Origin: a virus
Taxonomy: Duplodnaviria; Caudoviricetes
Virus record (IMG/VR): IMGVR_UViG_3300028854_000488
Length of the DNA stretch: 64,000 nt
Strand: one strand, 5' to 3'
Part shown: one piece after another, positions 15,910 to 26,248 of the stretch
Layout: the number at the start of each line of letters is the position of its first letter
Numbering within the stretch: position 1 is the first letter of the stretch
Notes under the pieces: model-generated
The model's input: the letters and a program-made list of their open reading frames with translations, nothing else
Told to the model about the DNA's origin: nothing
Database searches by the model: none
Position numbers and translations under genes: made by a program

Positions 15910-16599
15910 TTATATTAAGTGTATAATTTTTTTTGCTGCTTTAATACATCCCATTACATCTTTTTCACAGTAACTTTTTATTTTATTTAATTCTTTATTT
16001 TCCCAAAAATATTTATGTACATCTTTACCAGCCATCAAATCTTTTGGACTATCAATATTTAATGAATATAGCATTTCATCAAAAGAAACAGGTTCTAATG
16101 TTCCTGAACTTTTCCAAACTTCAGCTAAATCAACTACATTCATTTCCCAAGGTTTAATACTAAATGTTTTAAGTATTTTAGGAATTATATATCCATATGC
16201 TAGCATTTTTCTATTTAGCCATGGAATATCAAATCCTTTAATATAAAAACCACTTAATCCTAATAATGAATTGTTAGATATATTCATAAGTGATTGCTGT
16301 GTTTTTTTAACTATAATTTCTTCATCTTCATTACATATCGACATCATTTTAATTTCATCATTTTTAGAAATTCTAGCCATAGAAACACAAACTATTCTAC
16401 CAAATTCTGGAATCAATGAAGATTTATTGATATAAACATCATTTGGATCTTCTTTCCAATCTAAAAATTGTGAACTTTTTCTTTCTATTTTACGCATAAA
16501 AAGATCATATCCTCTAATATCATTCTCTTTTAGAGATGATAAATCTGGATAAAACCCTGCAGTTTCAATGTCAATATATACTAAATCTTTATAGTCCAT
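15910..16599 (-). CDS. Stand-alone 3'-5' exonuclease (DnaQ/PolB-exo-like)
   Basis: ExoI IDIET, ExoII GFYIKGFDIPWL, ExoIII YCEKDV. Confidence 0.88.
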   Translation of the reverse strand: MDYKDLVYIDIETAGFYPDLSSLKENDIRGYDLFMRKIERKSSQFLDWKEDPNDVYINKSSLIPEFGRIVCVSMARISKNDEIKMMSICNEDEEIIVKKTQQSLMNISNNSLLGLSGFYIKGFDIPWLNRKMLAYGYIIPKILKTFSIKPWEMNVVDLAEVWKSSGTLEPVSFDEMLYSLNIDSPKDLMAGKDVHKYFWENKELNKIKSYCEKDVMGCIKAAKKIIHLI

Positions 16600-16616
16600 A
16601 ATATATTTATACTATA

Positions 16617-16839
16617 TTATTCTAATAGTTTATTTAATTTTTCTATTTTTTCTATTTTTTCTTTTCTTATAATATTATTAATTATTTTAGATTCTTCTTT
16701 TGCAATATCGTCAAATGAACGAATATTATATAAATCCGATATTAGTTCATCCGTCTGTTAAGATGTAAAATTCTGCTCTTGTCTTATATTTATCAACTTC
16801 ATTTTGAAGTTTTTCAATCGTCCATTTTTTAATACTCAT
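16617..16839 (-). pseudogene. Chimeric gene remnant: endonuclease-type repeat fused out of frame to an RKEKI-tailed ORF end
   Basis: Frame 1 MSIKKWTIEKLQNEVDKYKTRAEF..*; frame 2 without start ...IIRKEKIEKIEKLNKLLE*. Confidence 0.4.
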
Positions 16840-17291
16840 TATTTATTTTTACTTATATCATTTAACATATATTCTAATTTCCATTCTTTTGATATTTTCT
16901 TAAAGTAATGATAAAATTTTCTATTATAATCAGTTTCTTGATATTCAATTATGATATTCTTATCATCTTGAGTTATTACACTATGATACTCTACTTCTGT
17001 AAAATTATTACCTAATGGTGATATATTAAGAATTTCTGAATTTGTGTACCAATTTCCTTTGTATTTATAATAACTAAATTCTTGATATAATGGACTAAAA
17101 GCTATTGTGTCAATATAAATTCCCGAATCCCACTTGTATGGTTTATTAGTATCAATATAATAAACTTGCATTGATTTATATTCAGTCCACGTTCCAATCA
17201 AAAAATTATAATTAAAGACTACTGGATCATCAGTTTTACTACAACTAAATAAAAAAAGACACACAATTAAAAATAATATAATTTTCTTCAT
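16839..17291 (-). CDS. Putative lipoprotein (lipocalin-like)
   Basis: MKKIILFLIVCLFLFSC lipobox, LIGTW motif. Confidence 0.7.
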   Translation of the reverse strand: MKKIILFLIVCLFLFSCSKTDDPVVFNYNFLIGTWTEYKSMQVYYIDTNKPYKWDSGIYIDTIAFSPLYQEFSYYKYKGNWYTNSEILNISPLGNNFTEVEYHSVITQDDKNIIIEYQETDYNRKFYHYFKKISKEWKLEYMLNDISKNK

Positions 17292-17391
17292 AATAGAATG
17301 ACTTTAACCTATACAAGTGAGGTTTTTAGAATTTTTTGTAAAGATAAACAAAATAATTGATATATCAGAAGTTATTAAAAATATAAATAAA

Positions 17392-18594
17392 TTATTTGAT
17401 ATTTAACAAATTTCTATAAATTTCAATTGTTTCTTTATCACCAGTATATTTACCTTTATCGTCACTAAATTTTACACAATTATTCCATTCCCTTGATTCT
17501 GTAATTTTAGCTGCTGTAAGTTTTATGACCATATTAGATGGCTTTACATTATCCACACTACATGATAAGTGTGTACCTATACCATAACTATCTTTCATAC
17601 GTCCATCAACAATTTTATGAATTTCAATTGCTTTATCTACAGTTAATGCGTTACTAAAAATTATAGTTTTTGTTGATGGATCAATACCAAGAGATTTATA
17701 TTTTAGAATAAAATCTTCTAATGCTTCAATTTCATCTCCACTATCTACTCTTACTCCTTGAAATAAAATAGCATTTTTTAATGAAAAGTTTTTCATGAAT
17801 ACTTCTCTAGTTAATGTATCATACAAGAATGTTCCTAACGAACCTTGATATACATCTTCCCACATATTCATTGCAGTATTATTTGCTTCTACTGGTCCAT
17901 ATATTGATGCAATTAAGCTAATATATTGGTGTGACATTGTACCATTTATTTTTAATCCATATTTCATACCGAAATATACATTTGATGTGCCTATTATACC
18001 TCCTAAATCAGTACAATTATCTTTCATACAATCAATGAATGATTTAATAACAAGATGCTGATGAGCAAAAGAAAGACGGCGCCTAGTTCCGAACTCAGAG
18101 ACTAAAATTTTAGCATCAATCATTTTTTTACATTTGTCATATGATTTTTGATATTCTTTTTTTTCATCATATTTATCAAAATCTCCATTCATTTTATGAG
18201 CAAGTTCAGATACAATTGCTAATATTGGTTGCTCCCAAAATATAGTTTTAAAAATTGATCCTTCAATTTCAATTGATAAATGACCTTCTACATCTTGACT
18301 TATAGAAACTTCAGATGAATCAAATCTATATCCTTTCAAAAATGTAAAAAACCATTTTGGGAAATAATAAAACTTATCTAACATAAAGTTGAATTCATCA
18401 TCAGTTAATTTTACATCTTCCATTTTTTTAAGTTGATTTTTAACTTTTTCTGCAAATCCTTTTGGATAACAGGTTGAATTTCTATCAATAAAACTATATT
18501 TTCCAATAGCACGAGGAAATTTTTGAAGATATAAATAACACAAGCTAAATGTGTATAAGTCAGTATCTAAGATACTTTTGATAATTTGTTTCAT
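17392..18594 (-). CDS. pncB: Nicotinate phosphoribosyltransferase
   Basis: SILDTDLY, SEFGTRRR, GTSNVY, GTMSHQY, GVRVDSGD, SYGIGTHL, VIKL. Confidence 0.95.
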   Translation of the reverse strand: MKQIIKSILDTDLYTFSLCYLYLQKFPRAIGKYSFIDRNSTCYPKGFAEKVKNQLKKMEDVKLTDDEFNFMLDKFYYFPKWFFTFLKGYRFDSSEVSISQDVEGHLSIEIEGSIFKTIFWEQPILAIVSELAHKMNGDFDKYDEKKEYQKSYDKCKKMIDAKILVSEFGTRRRLSFAHQHLVIKSFIDCMKDNCTDLGGIIGTSNVYFGMKYGLKINGTMSHQYISLIASIYGPVEANNTAMNMWEDVYQGSLGTFLYDTLTREVFMKNFSLKNAILFQGVRVDSGDEIEALEDFILKYKSLGIDPSTKTIIFSNALTVDKAIEIHKIVDGRMKDSYGIGTHLSCSVDNVKPSNMVIKLTAAKITESREWNNCVKFSDDKGKYTGDKETIEIYRNLLNIK

Positions 18595-18600
18595 TGTTTT

Positions 18601-19239
18601 TTAATTTAAATTAATATTTTGTTTATTATAAGGATTTTTACTAATATATGAATTATAATATTCTTTATTTCCAGTAACTTCTTCACCTAACCATTCTGGA
18701 ATATCATATGATTCATCTTCACTACTAAGTTCAACTTCAGCAATAGTTAATCCTTCATTTTCACCATGAAATTCATCAACTTCAAATATATGATTTCCAA
18801 CTTGAATATTATAACGAGTTTTATCTATTTTACCATCTTCACATAATAACATTAATTCTTTTGCTTCATCAACTAATATTTCCTTTTCAAATTCATAGCG
18901 AGACACACCAGTTTCATTAGTTTTTCCTTTGATAGTTATATATGCTTTATCATTTTTAATGCGAATTCTAACTGCAGGATTAGATGAAATATATCCTTGA
19001 ATAATTTTATATTCATTTACTGCAAATGATTTATATTCACTTTTAACAAGAAATTTTCTTTCAATTTCTTGTGGCATAGGTTTTCTATCCATTTGTGCTA
19101 ACATTTTTTCTTTAATATAAAAAATTAGTAAGCATAGTTCATCCATTCGACTTTTTATATCATCTGTTTGTTCTTGACTTTCATAATATCTCAATCTTTT
19201 ATATATTTCTTCATTCATTTCTTTATACATTCCAATCAT
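18601..19239 (-). CDS. CYTH domain protein (triphosphate tunnel metalloenzyme); domain starts near 19077
   Basis: EIERKFLV, QGYIS, VRIRIK, RYEFEKEI, EVDEF, IAEVEL. Confidence 0.9.
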   Translation of the reverse strand: MIGMYKEMNEEIYKRLRYYESQEQTDDIKSRMDELCLLIFYIKEKMLAQMDRKPMPQEIERKFLVKSEYKSFAVNEYKIIQGYISSNPAVRIRIKNDKAYITIKGKTNETGVSRYEFEKEILVDEAKELMLLCEDGKIDKTRYNIQVGNHIFEVDEFHGENEGLTIAEVELSSEDESYDIPEWLGEEVTGNKEYYNSYISKNPYNKQNINLN

Positions 19240-19549
19240 ATTTTTTATTTTTTATTTTATTTAGTTCTTCTAATTTTTCTTTTCTTATTTCAATTAAAGT
19301 TTTTTCTATTTTAGGTTTTATAAACCAACTATTTATTTCACCTGCATTCCATCTACTACTTCTATATAAATCAAATTTTTTCTGTTTGATTTCTACATAT
19401 CCACGTAAATCAAAATTCTCACCAATTTCACGCATATGTAAATCATAATATTTAGTTGGAATATTAGTAATAATATCTGATATAAATGTTTGTTCGCAAA
19501 TAATATGTCCAGTTAAAGAATTCTTATAATATTTATTTTTTGATTCCAT
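19223..19549 (-). CDS. Hypothetical protein with RKEKL tail
   Basis: Ends IEIRKEKLEELN. Confidence 0.55.
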   Translation of the reverse strand: MESKNKYYKNSLTGHIICEQTFISDIITNIPTKYYDLHMREIGENFDLRGYVEIKQKKFDLYRSSRWNAGEINSWFIKPKIEKTLIEIRKEKLEELNKIKNKKYDWNV

Positions 19550-19799
19550 TTATTTCTTCAAGTTTTTCTTTTCTTATTACTAATACTGCTTTATTGTAAT
19601 ATTGTGCGATATGTCCTGTGTGTTTTTCATATGAATGTTGCATACAAAATACGTATTGTGTTATTGGTTCTTCAAAACCTACAGAATGAAACCAATTATC
19701 ATAATCTTTAAGAAAAAGATGATATGCAAGTTCATCTAAATAACTACAATTTCCTAAATTCCAATATCCTAAAGATTTATCTATATTCATTTTTATCAA
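19533..19799 (-). CDS. Hypothetical protein with RKEKL tail
   Basis: Ends LVIRKEKLEEIN. Confidence 0.55.
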   Translation of the reverse strand: MIKMNIDKSLGYWNLGNCSYLDELAYHLFLKDYDNWFHSVGFEEPITQYVFCMQHSYEKHTGHIAQYYNKAVLVIRKEKLEEINGIKK

Positions 19800-20109
19800 T
19801 GATACTATTAATTTTCATTTTATCAGCAAGAATCCAAGAACCTCCCTGAGATTCTGGTCTATCATATGTTTTTATTCCTTCAACTTCAACTTCGACCCAT
19901 ACTCTTACTTCACCACTTGATAAATTTTCTTTCAAATGTGGTGCATTTGGAGTGAAACAACAATGCCAGCCAAATCTTTCAGCAAATCCATTTGTTGGTA
20001 TAAACTCAGCATTCATCCATTTATTTAAAGAATATACTTTTTTAGCATTTATAAATAAACTACCAAGAGTACCATTTTTTCTTTGTTTCATTAATTTATA
20101 TGCTATCAT
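19777..20109 (-). CDS. Conserved phage hypothetical protein
   Basis: AYKLMKQRKNGTLGSLFIN...GFAERFGWHCC..P.APHL...QGG.W.LA. Confidence 0.65.
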   Translation of the reverse strand: MIAYKLMKQRKNGTLGSLFINAKKVYSLNKWMNAEFIPTNGFAERFGWHCCFTPNAPHLKENLSSGEVRVWVEVEVEGIKTYDRPESQGGSWILADKMKINSIIDKNEYR

Positions 20110-20339
20110 TATAAATTATTTATTTTTTCAAGTTTTCTTTTTCTATATTCAGATATTGTTTCAAATTTATTAGATATAAAACAATTTATTCTATTAAATT
20201 CATCTAATTCATATAGATAATGATCTAATATTTGAGTTATATGTCTTATAGTATAAGTTGAACCATTTAATAATAAAATATTATATTTATTATAATATTC
20301 ACCGATATATATGACTTTATCACCTGCTTTAGCTATCAT
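20109..20339 (-). CDS. Small SH3/KOW-like protein with RKxKL tail (paralog array)
   Basis: AKAGDKVIYIG...SEYRKRKLEKIN. Confidence 0.6.
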   Translation of the reverse strand: MIAKAGDKVIYIGEYYNKYNILLLNGSTYTIRHITQILDHYLYELDEFNRINCFISNKFETISEYRKRKLEKINNL

Positions 20340-20572
20340 TGTAAATTGTTTAGTTTTTTAAGTTTTAGTTTTCTATATTCAGATAATTTTTCAAATTCAT
20401 CAAAATTAAATGAAATATCAAAACCAAATAATATGTATCCGAATTTTTTACGTACTAAGGATATATCTTTTACAATATAAATTGAATTTTTAGTTAATAA
20501 GTCATCTACATGATGATAAAGTTCACCAGTATAAACAACTTTATCTCCAGCTTTTGCTATCTTTGCTATCAT
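20336..20572 (-). CDS. Small SH3/KOW-like protein with RKxKL tail (paralog array)
   Basis: AKAGDKVVYTG...SEYRKLKLKKLN. Confidence 0.6.
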   Translation of the reverse strand: MIAKIAKAGDKVVYTGELYHHVDDLLTKNSIYIVKDISLVRKKFGYILFGFDISFNFDEFEKLSEYRKLKLKKLNNLQ

Positions 20573-20907
20573 TGTAAATTGTTTAGTTTTTTAAGTTTTA
20601 GGTTTCTATATTCAGATATACTCAATTTAGTAAACATATTATAGGTTCGATTATATACTTCATAATTATATGTTTTTGGAATATCAAATGGATATATTGG
20701 TATTAGATACTGACGAAATGTATAATTATCACATATAATTTTAAATATATCTCCATCATTTAGTTTATAACTATCAAATACATTAAAATTATTATCAAAA
20801 GAATAAAGAAAATAAACAGAATTCTGTTTATTTTTAATATTAATATTAAAAAAATTATATTTTTTATCAGTATTTCTAAATATTATAATATCACCAGTAT
20901 AAAACAT
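20569..20907 (-). CDS. Hypothetical protein with RxLKL tail (paralog array)
   Basis: YTGDIIIFR...SEYRNLKLKKLN. Confidence 0.55.
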   Translation of the reverse strand: MFYTGDIIIFRNTDKKYNFFNINIKNKQNSVYFLYSFDNNFNVFDSYKLNDGDIFKIICDNYTFRQYLIPIYPFDIPKTYNYEVYNRTYNMFTKLSISEYRNLKLKKLNNLQ

Positions 20908-20916
20908 AATATTAAA

Positions 20917-21588
20917 TTAAATAACTTTAATTTCATCAGCAGAATTTACAACTACTACATGATATTCGTCAATTAGCATATTAATAAATTTTTTTCTACC
21001 TTCTATTGATCCTAATCCTCTGGTCGCGCCCATATTTAAAATAACATCAAATCCAGCATTAACTAAATCAATAATTGTTGTGCCAACACAAAGAGGATCA
21101 TCTTCAAAATTTAATGCTAACCCTCCAATTATAACTGTATCAATATGTTTAGATATATACCATTCAATAAGTCCTGTAGATATTTTTTTATTTAAGTCAT
21201 GATAGCAACTTGAATAAGGATGTAAATCTGGTTCAAATCCTTTTGCTACAAAGAAGTCATAATCACTCATTTTAGGAAGTCCTGATATAAGTTCAGAACC
21301 AAAAGTTCCAGATATACAATGAGATTTCCAAGAAATATCAACATTTTCTCCTTCTATTGGTGAAAATTGAGGATGTTCATCATTTGCAATCCAAATTGAA
21401 TTAACAGGATGCATATCTTTTGATACTGTTTTATATTTAGTTAAATTATTTTGTTTATTCAATTCAATCACGATTTTATCTCCATCTTCAACAGGTAATT
21501 CATCTGGACATAATGGAGTAAATCCATTTTGAGGATCTACATTATGACTTGCTGTTAAATTTTTAAATATTGTTATTTTTTTATTCAT
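20917..21588 (-). CDS. pncA: Nicotinamidase (isochorismatase family)
   Basis: VDPQNGF.P..P.ELPV.DGD.IV, KDMHP, W.SHCI.GT.G.EL, VAKG, GGLA..CV..T. Confidence 0.88.
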   Translation of the reverse strand: MNKKITIFKNLTASHNVDPQNGFTPLCPDELPVEDGDKIVIELNKQNNLTKYKTVSKDMHPVNSIWIANDEHPQFSPIEGENVDISWKSHCISGTFGSELISGLPKMSDYDFFVAKGFEPDLHPYSSCYHDLNKKISTGLIEWYISKHIDTVIIGGLALNFEDDPLCVGTTIIDLVNAGFDVILNMGATRGLGSIEGRKKFINMLIDEYHVVVVNSADEIKVI

Positions 21589-21931
21589 ATTTTTTATTAT
21601 TAATATTTTTATTATAAAATTCTAATACTTTTTCAAATCTCTCAGACCATTCATCAATTAAATGCACATTTGTAACATCTATTTTGATTTTTATTGCTGG
21701 TTTGTTATTTTTAATTATAAATCTTTTTCTAGTATCTATTGAAGATACTGTATTAGTAAATAAAGAATTATTATCATAACTATAAATAAATATAAATTTT
21801 TTAAATCTTGAAATATCATTTTTCAAATCATATAAATTTACAAATTCTAAATCATGTTTTCCAACTTTTATTTGTTCTTTATAATTATTTTCAAAAATTT
21901 TACGATATTCAAGATATTTTTCTAATTTCAT
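21581..21931 (-). CDS. Hypothetical protein
   Basis: Starts MKLEKYLEYRKIFE. Confidence 0.5.
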   Translation of the reverse strand: MKLEKYLEYRKIFENNYKEQIKVGKHDLEFVNLYDLKNDISRFKKFIFIYSYDNNSLFTNTVSSIDTRKRFIIKNNKPAIKIKIDVTNVHLIDEWSERFEKVLEFYNKNINNKKYE

Positions 21932-22099
21932 TTAAAAATATTTTTTTCGATCATTTAAATAATAATTCTCATCTAAGATATTAATCATAGTTTGATATCC
22001 AATATCTTGAATAGCTATTTTAATACCATCTTTTTCGATCACTTCACCTTTAGTTAGTTTTTCAAAATCTTTTTTATTTAACAATATATTTTTTATCAT
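21932..22099 (-). CDS. Small hypothetical protein
   Basis: Start moved to MIKNILL to avoid overlap with 22110-22448. Confidence 0.45.
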   Translation of the reverse strand: MIKNILLNKKDFEKLTKGEVIEKDGIKIAIQDIGYQTMINILDENYYLNDRKKYF

Positions 22100-22109
22100 A
22101 ATATTTAAT

Positions 22110-22448
22110 TTAGCACCAACAAGATTCTTCTTTAATTTTTTTAATTTTATCATTATCAGTAATAAGTACAATATCAACATCAATCAATTTTCTCAAATCA
22201 AAGTTTTTATCGTTATCAAATTTTGTTGCGTAATATCCTATCTCACAAGCATCTACTACTAATTTTACATCTTTAATTGAAATATCTTTTACTTCAAAAT
22301 GATGTATTTTATTATCAAATACAATATCTACATATTGACCAATTGTGATATTAACATGTGTTTCAAAAGTAATATATGTACCGTTTTTTACTTTTCTACC
22401 TGATGATACTATTGACGCATCTAATATTTTACCTAAATAATTTTCCAT
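22110..22448 (-). CDS. Hypothetical protein
   Basis: ORF downstream of promoter 22477-22507. Confidence 0.55.
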   Translation of the reverse strand: MENYLGKILDASIVSSGRKVKNGTYITFETHVNITIGQYVDIVFDNKIHHFEVKDISIKDVKLVVDACEIGYYATKFDNDKNFDLRKLIDVDIVLITDNDKIKKIKEESCWC

Positions 22449-22476
22449 ATTTTTATTTTTTAAAATTTATAGTTTG

Positions 22477-22507
22477 CAAATATACAACTAATTTTGATAA
22501 TAACAAA
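22477..22507 (-). promoter_or_regulatory. Bacteroidota-type sigma promoter
   Basis: TTTG-N19-TATATTTG. Confidence 0.72.
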
Positions 22508-22579
22508 ATAATTTGAAATAATATTTTTTATTTGAAAATAATTTATTACATTTGCAATTATAATTTTTAAATATTGAAT

Positions 22580-22963
22580 ATGAAATTAACTAATGAACAA
22601 ATAAATAAAATAAATAATAAATGCCCATCAGATCAGGGAGTTTTCAATGAACCATATGGCTGTGATGGTATTAAAGAATTAATTGTGTATATGCGTTGGT
22701 CAGAAGGCGGATCATCAGGCGGTAATTGTTGGAATGATGATGAGTCAGAAGAATATGATGGAGAAGATAAACCAAAATTCAAAGCACTTGATATGGTTTT
22801 AGAAATATTAAAACCAGAAATAACATATCTTCAATTTAAAAAAATAGAAGAATCATTAGAATCAACAACTAAACATGAATGGGAATATTACGGGAATTAT
22901 GACGATTACGGTATTGAATATATAAAATTAAAGGATTTAATAGAAATATTAGAATCTTTTTAA
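22580..22963 (+). CDS. Conserved phage hypothetical protein
   Basis: GGSSGGNCW...FKALD..LE...P.ITYLQFK. Confidence 0.6.
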   Translation: MKLTNEQINKINNKCPSDQGVFNEPYGCDGIKELIVYMRWSEGGSSGGNCWNDDESEEYDGEDKPKFKALDMVLEILKPEITYLQFKKIEESLESTTKHEWEYYGNYDDYGIEYIKLKDLIEILESF

Positions 22964-23136
22964 TATAGTATATTGTTGATTATCATTCAATTATGAAGTA
23001 AATTATATATTATATATAGTATATATATCATGATCTTGCATCTTTTTATAATAGTAATTGAAAATCAGGTTGTTATGAGCCTGATTTTTTATGTTTATAG
23101 ATTAAACTTTATTAATCATTTTTTCTATCATGAGTT

Positions 23137-24354
23137 ATGGCAAAAATAGATATTGAATATATAAAAAGTAAGATGATAGAAGTGCTTAAAAATGCGCATT
23201 CTGATCCCCGTAAATTTATAATTAAAGATTATAATGATAGATTAAATTTTGCATGTCCAATTTGTGGTGATTCTCGTAAAGATCCTAATGCAAAAAGAGC
23301 AAATATATATAAGGATAATCCTACATATATGGTTTGTTTTAATGAAGATTGTAGATCTAGTGTTACAAAATTATTTAAAGAATTTAATGTTGAAATTGGG
23401 TTAGAAGAAAAACAAGCATTATATGATTTTGCTGATTCTAATATGAAATTTGATAGTAAGAAGGATGTTTATATACCTGAACATTTAAATAAATTAATTG
23501 ATATAGATGAGTTTTCTAATTATATAAATGAGCATTCAGAACATCAAATTTCAAAATTTAAACCAATTCAATTAAACTCTGCTGCTTATCAATATTTGAA
23601 ATTTGAAAGATTGATAGAAAATTTCGAAAATATATATGAGTGTGATTATAAATTAACAGATAAATGGACTGAGAAATGCATTGTAATGTTGAATAAATCA
23701 GGTAAGAAATTATTAGGAATGCAAATTCGTAATATGAAACCTGGGGATAAAAGATTTTTTAAAATTTTTAATTTCGAAAAAATTTACTCAATTTTACATC
23801 CAGATGAAGTTTTGGATGAATTAGAAATGCTATCTTATAATAAGCTTTCAAATTTTTTTAATATATTAAATGTTGACTGGAATCAACCAGTGACAATATT
23901 TGAAGGTATGCTTGATTCATTATTTATGAATTATGGAAATTCTAGAACCAATTCGATTGGAGCTATTGGATTAAACTCAATTGATACTGACTTATCTTTT
24001 TTATTTGATTCTGACTTGGATATTCAATTCTTTTTAGATCAAGATAACGTTGGTATCAGAAAATCTCAAACTCTCTTAGATAAAGGATATAAGGTTTTTT
24101 TGTGGCAAAAATTGATAGAAGATTTATTAAAAAATAAAAAAGATAAATTTGTAGCAAAAAAATATTTTATTAAAATTAAAGATTTAAATAAATTAGTACA
24201 AGAAATAAAGGATATGAATAAATTTAAAAAAATAAATTTACAAAAGTATTTTTCAAATGATATTTTTGATAAATTATATTTGGATGAAACATTATATCCT
24301 AAACCAGAATATTTTGGTAAAAAACCATATGATAAAAATAAATATAAAAAATAA
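23137..24354 (+). CDS. DNA primase (T4 gp61-like)
   Basis: Zn finger NFACPICGDS...C; TOPRIM IFEGMLDSLF and FFLDQD. Confidence 0.88.
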   Translation: MAKIDIEYIKSKMIEVLKNAHSDPRKFIIKDYNDRLNFACPICGDSRKDPNAKRANIYKDNPTYMVCFNEDCRSSVTKLFKEFNVEIGLEEKQALYDFADSNMKFDSKKDVYIPEHLNKLIDIDEFSNYINEHSEHQISKFKPIQLNSAAYQYLKFERLIENFENIYECDYKLTDKWTEKCIVMLNKSGKKLLGMQIRNMKPGDKRFFKIFNFEKIYSILHPDEVLDELEMLSYNKLSNFFNILNVDWNQPVTIFEGMLDSLFMNYGNSRTNSIGAIGLNSIDTDLSFLFDSDLDIQFFLDQDNVGIRKSQTLLDKGYKVFLWQKLIEDLLKNKKDKFVAKKYFIKIKDLNKLVQEIKDMNKFKKINLQKYFSNDIFDKLYLDETLYPKPEYFGKKPYDKNKYKK

Positions 24355-25031
24355 TGAATACAGATATACAAAAATGGAATGATTTTTTAGATGAATTCTC
24401 TAAATCAATATTAAACATTTATAAAAATCACGAAAATACATTTGATGATTATGGAATTCATGGTAGACGTCATATATCAAGATCTATTATTTTTTCTGAA
24501 TTTATGTCGAGATTCTATACAAAAGAATTGAGTATAGATGTGGATTTCAACTCAATTAGATATGCAGTATCATTTCATGATAGTGGTAGACAAGGAAGTG
24601 GTATAGATTTGTGGGAAAATGATAGCTCAAATATATGTTTAAATTATCTTATAAAAAATTCTAATTATGATGAAAATAAATGTAAATATATTTCATCATT
24701 AATTAGTAAAAATTTAACTAATGATATTAATCATAATATTGTTTATGATTCTGATGTATTGGATATAATGAGGCCTTGTTGTGGACATGGAGATATTCAA
24801 AATTTTAGAAGAAGTGAACTTCGTTTTTTAGGGCCAAAAGATAATTTTTCTAATTATCATCTATACGAAGAAGTAAGAGAAGAATTGATTTTAGATGCTT
24901 GGAAATTAATAGAATATACAGAAGATAATGATGTATTATTTAATACAAAAGAAAACAACCAACTTTATTATATGATTAATGTTATAGAGAAGAATAAATT
25001 AAATTTTAATATATTTCATAAATATTTTTAA
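24354..25031 (+). CDS. HD-domain phosphohydrolase
   Basis: HGRRHISRS, VSFHDSGR, DSDVLDIMR. Confidence 0.8.
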   Translation: MNTDIQKWNDFLDEFSKSILNIYKNHENTFDDYGIHGRRHISRSIIFSEFMSRFYTKELSIDVDFNSIRYAVSFHDSGRQGSGIDLWENDSSNICLNYLIKNSNYDENKCKYISSLISKNLTNDINHNIVYDSDVLDIMRPCCGHGDIQNFRRSELRFLGPKDNFSNYHLYEEVREELILDAWKLIEYTEDNDVLFNTKENNQLYYMINVIEKNKLNFNIFHKYF

Positions 25032-25041
25032 TGTAAATATA

Positions 25042-25290
25042 TTAAAATTTAATTAATCGTAGAAGTTTTAATTTGCGTTCTTCTTGCTTAGTGTAATAAT
25101 AATCAAAGAAATATGAATAGTTACTGAATATAGTATTATTTGTTGACATCATTATAGTATTACTGTTAATATCTATGTATATTATATCATTTTCAATATC
25201 AATTATTTTATGATATTCGTTTTTATTTTGTAAACTGAATAGTACACTAACCACATCTTTACTAAGATATTTTTCACCGATTTTAAGCAT
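25042..25290 (-). CDS. Small hypothetical protein with RKLKL tail
   Basis: KIGEKY start, ends QEERKLKLLRL. Confidence 0.55.
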   Translation of the reverse strand: MLKIGEKYLSKDVVSVLFSLQNKNEYHKIIDIENDIIYIDINSNTIMMSTNNTIFSNYSYFFDYYYTKQEERKLKLLRLIKF

Positions 25291-25405
25291 ATTTTACATC
25301 TGATTATATTAAAAATTGCATCTTATATTATTTTACAAAAATACTAATTATTTTTTCAATATATGTAAATTTATTAGTTTTTTTAATAATTATTATATTA
25401 TTATA

Positions 25406-26248
25406 TTATTCTGTTCTAAAATCTGCTAGTTTATGAATTTTTTTTATTAATGTTTTACTTTTATTATTAAAATAACTCTCTACTCGTTTAGCATCTTTTG
25501 GATTGAATATTTTAGATAGTTTGTATTTTTCTTCTATTGTACAACTATTAATGTCTATTTTGAAATTTGACATATCTTTATAAAATGAAATCTTATATGA
25601 GTTATCTATATCTTTAACATTTTTAATATTTTTAATTTCTGGTAAAAATTCATGTAATTTAGACATCATTTCATTTTTATCTGCTAAATAAAAATATGCT
25701 ATTATTTTTTTATATTGCTCTGTGAATAAGTCACATTTCATAAAATTTATTACTGATCTTTTCATACCATATGTATTACTATCTGTATTACTAAATGACC
25801 CCATTAAATCATGATCAAAAATATTCATAAATTCATACTTATTTATAAAAGATTTTTTTTCTATTGTTTTTGTTTTTGATGTTTTTGTTTTTGAATATCT
25901 GAATGCATTAACCAGATGTTGAACTTCGTGTAGAATTTCACTTTTAATTTCATATGGTTTCTTAATTTCATCATTTGATAATCTATTTATAACTCCAATC
26001 TCTATTGTAAATCCACCTCTACTTTCTGCATTATTGTAATTTATTTGACATCCTATTTTATCTGGGTTAAATTTAAAATTAAATTCTTTTTTTAAATCTG
26101 TTATATCAGTATAAAAAGTATCTGATGAATTTGTGAATTCTTTCTCTTTGTTATAATTTTCTAAAAAACCAGAATATATTTTTTCTGACATTTTGAGTAT
26201 AGTATTATCAATACCAAGTCTTTCAAATATTTTAAATGTTGTTATCAT
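25406..26248 (-). CDS. Putative virion protein with HExxH (zincin-like) motif
   Basis: Starts MITTFKIFE; EILHEVQH. Confidence 0.55.
   Translation of the reverse strand: MITTFKIFERLGIDNTILKMSEKIYSGFLENYNKEKEFTNSSDTFYTDITDLKKEFNFKFNPDKIGCQINYNNAESRGGFTIEIGVINRLSNDEIKKPYEIKSEILHEVQHLVNAFRYSKTKTSKTKTIEKKSFINKYEFMNIFDHDLMGSFSNTDSNTYGMKRSVINFMKCDLFTEQYKKIIAYFYLADKNEMMSKLHEFLPEIKNIKNVKDIDNSYKISFYKDMSNFKIDINSCTIEEKYKLSKIFNPKDAKRVESYFNNKSKTLIKKIHKLADFRTE

Noticed and set aside
15910-16599. Stand-alone exonuclease as the missing N-terminal half of the split PolB
   Set aside because: It lacks polymerase motif A and looks like the common free-standing DnaQ-like family.
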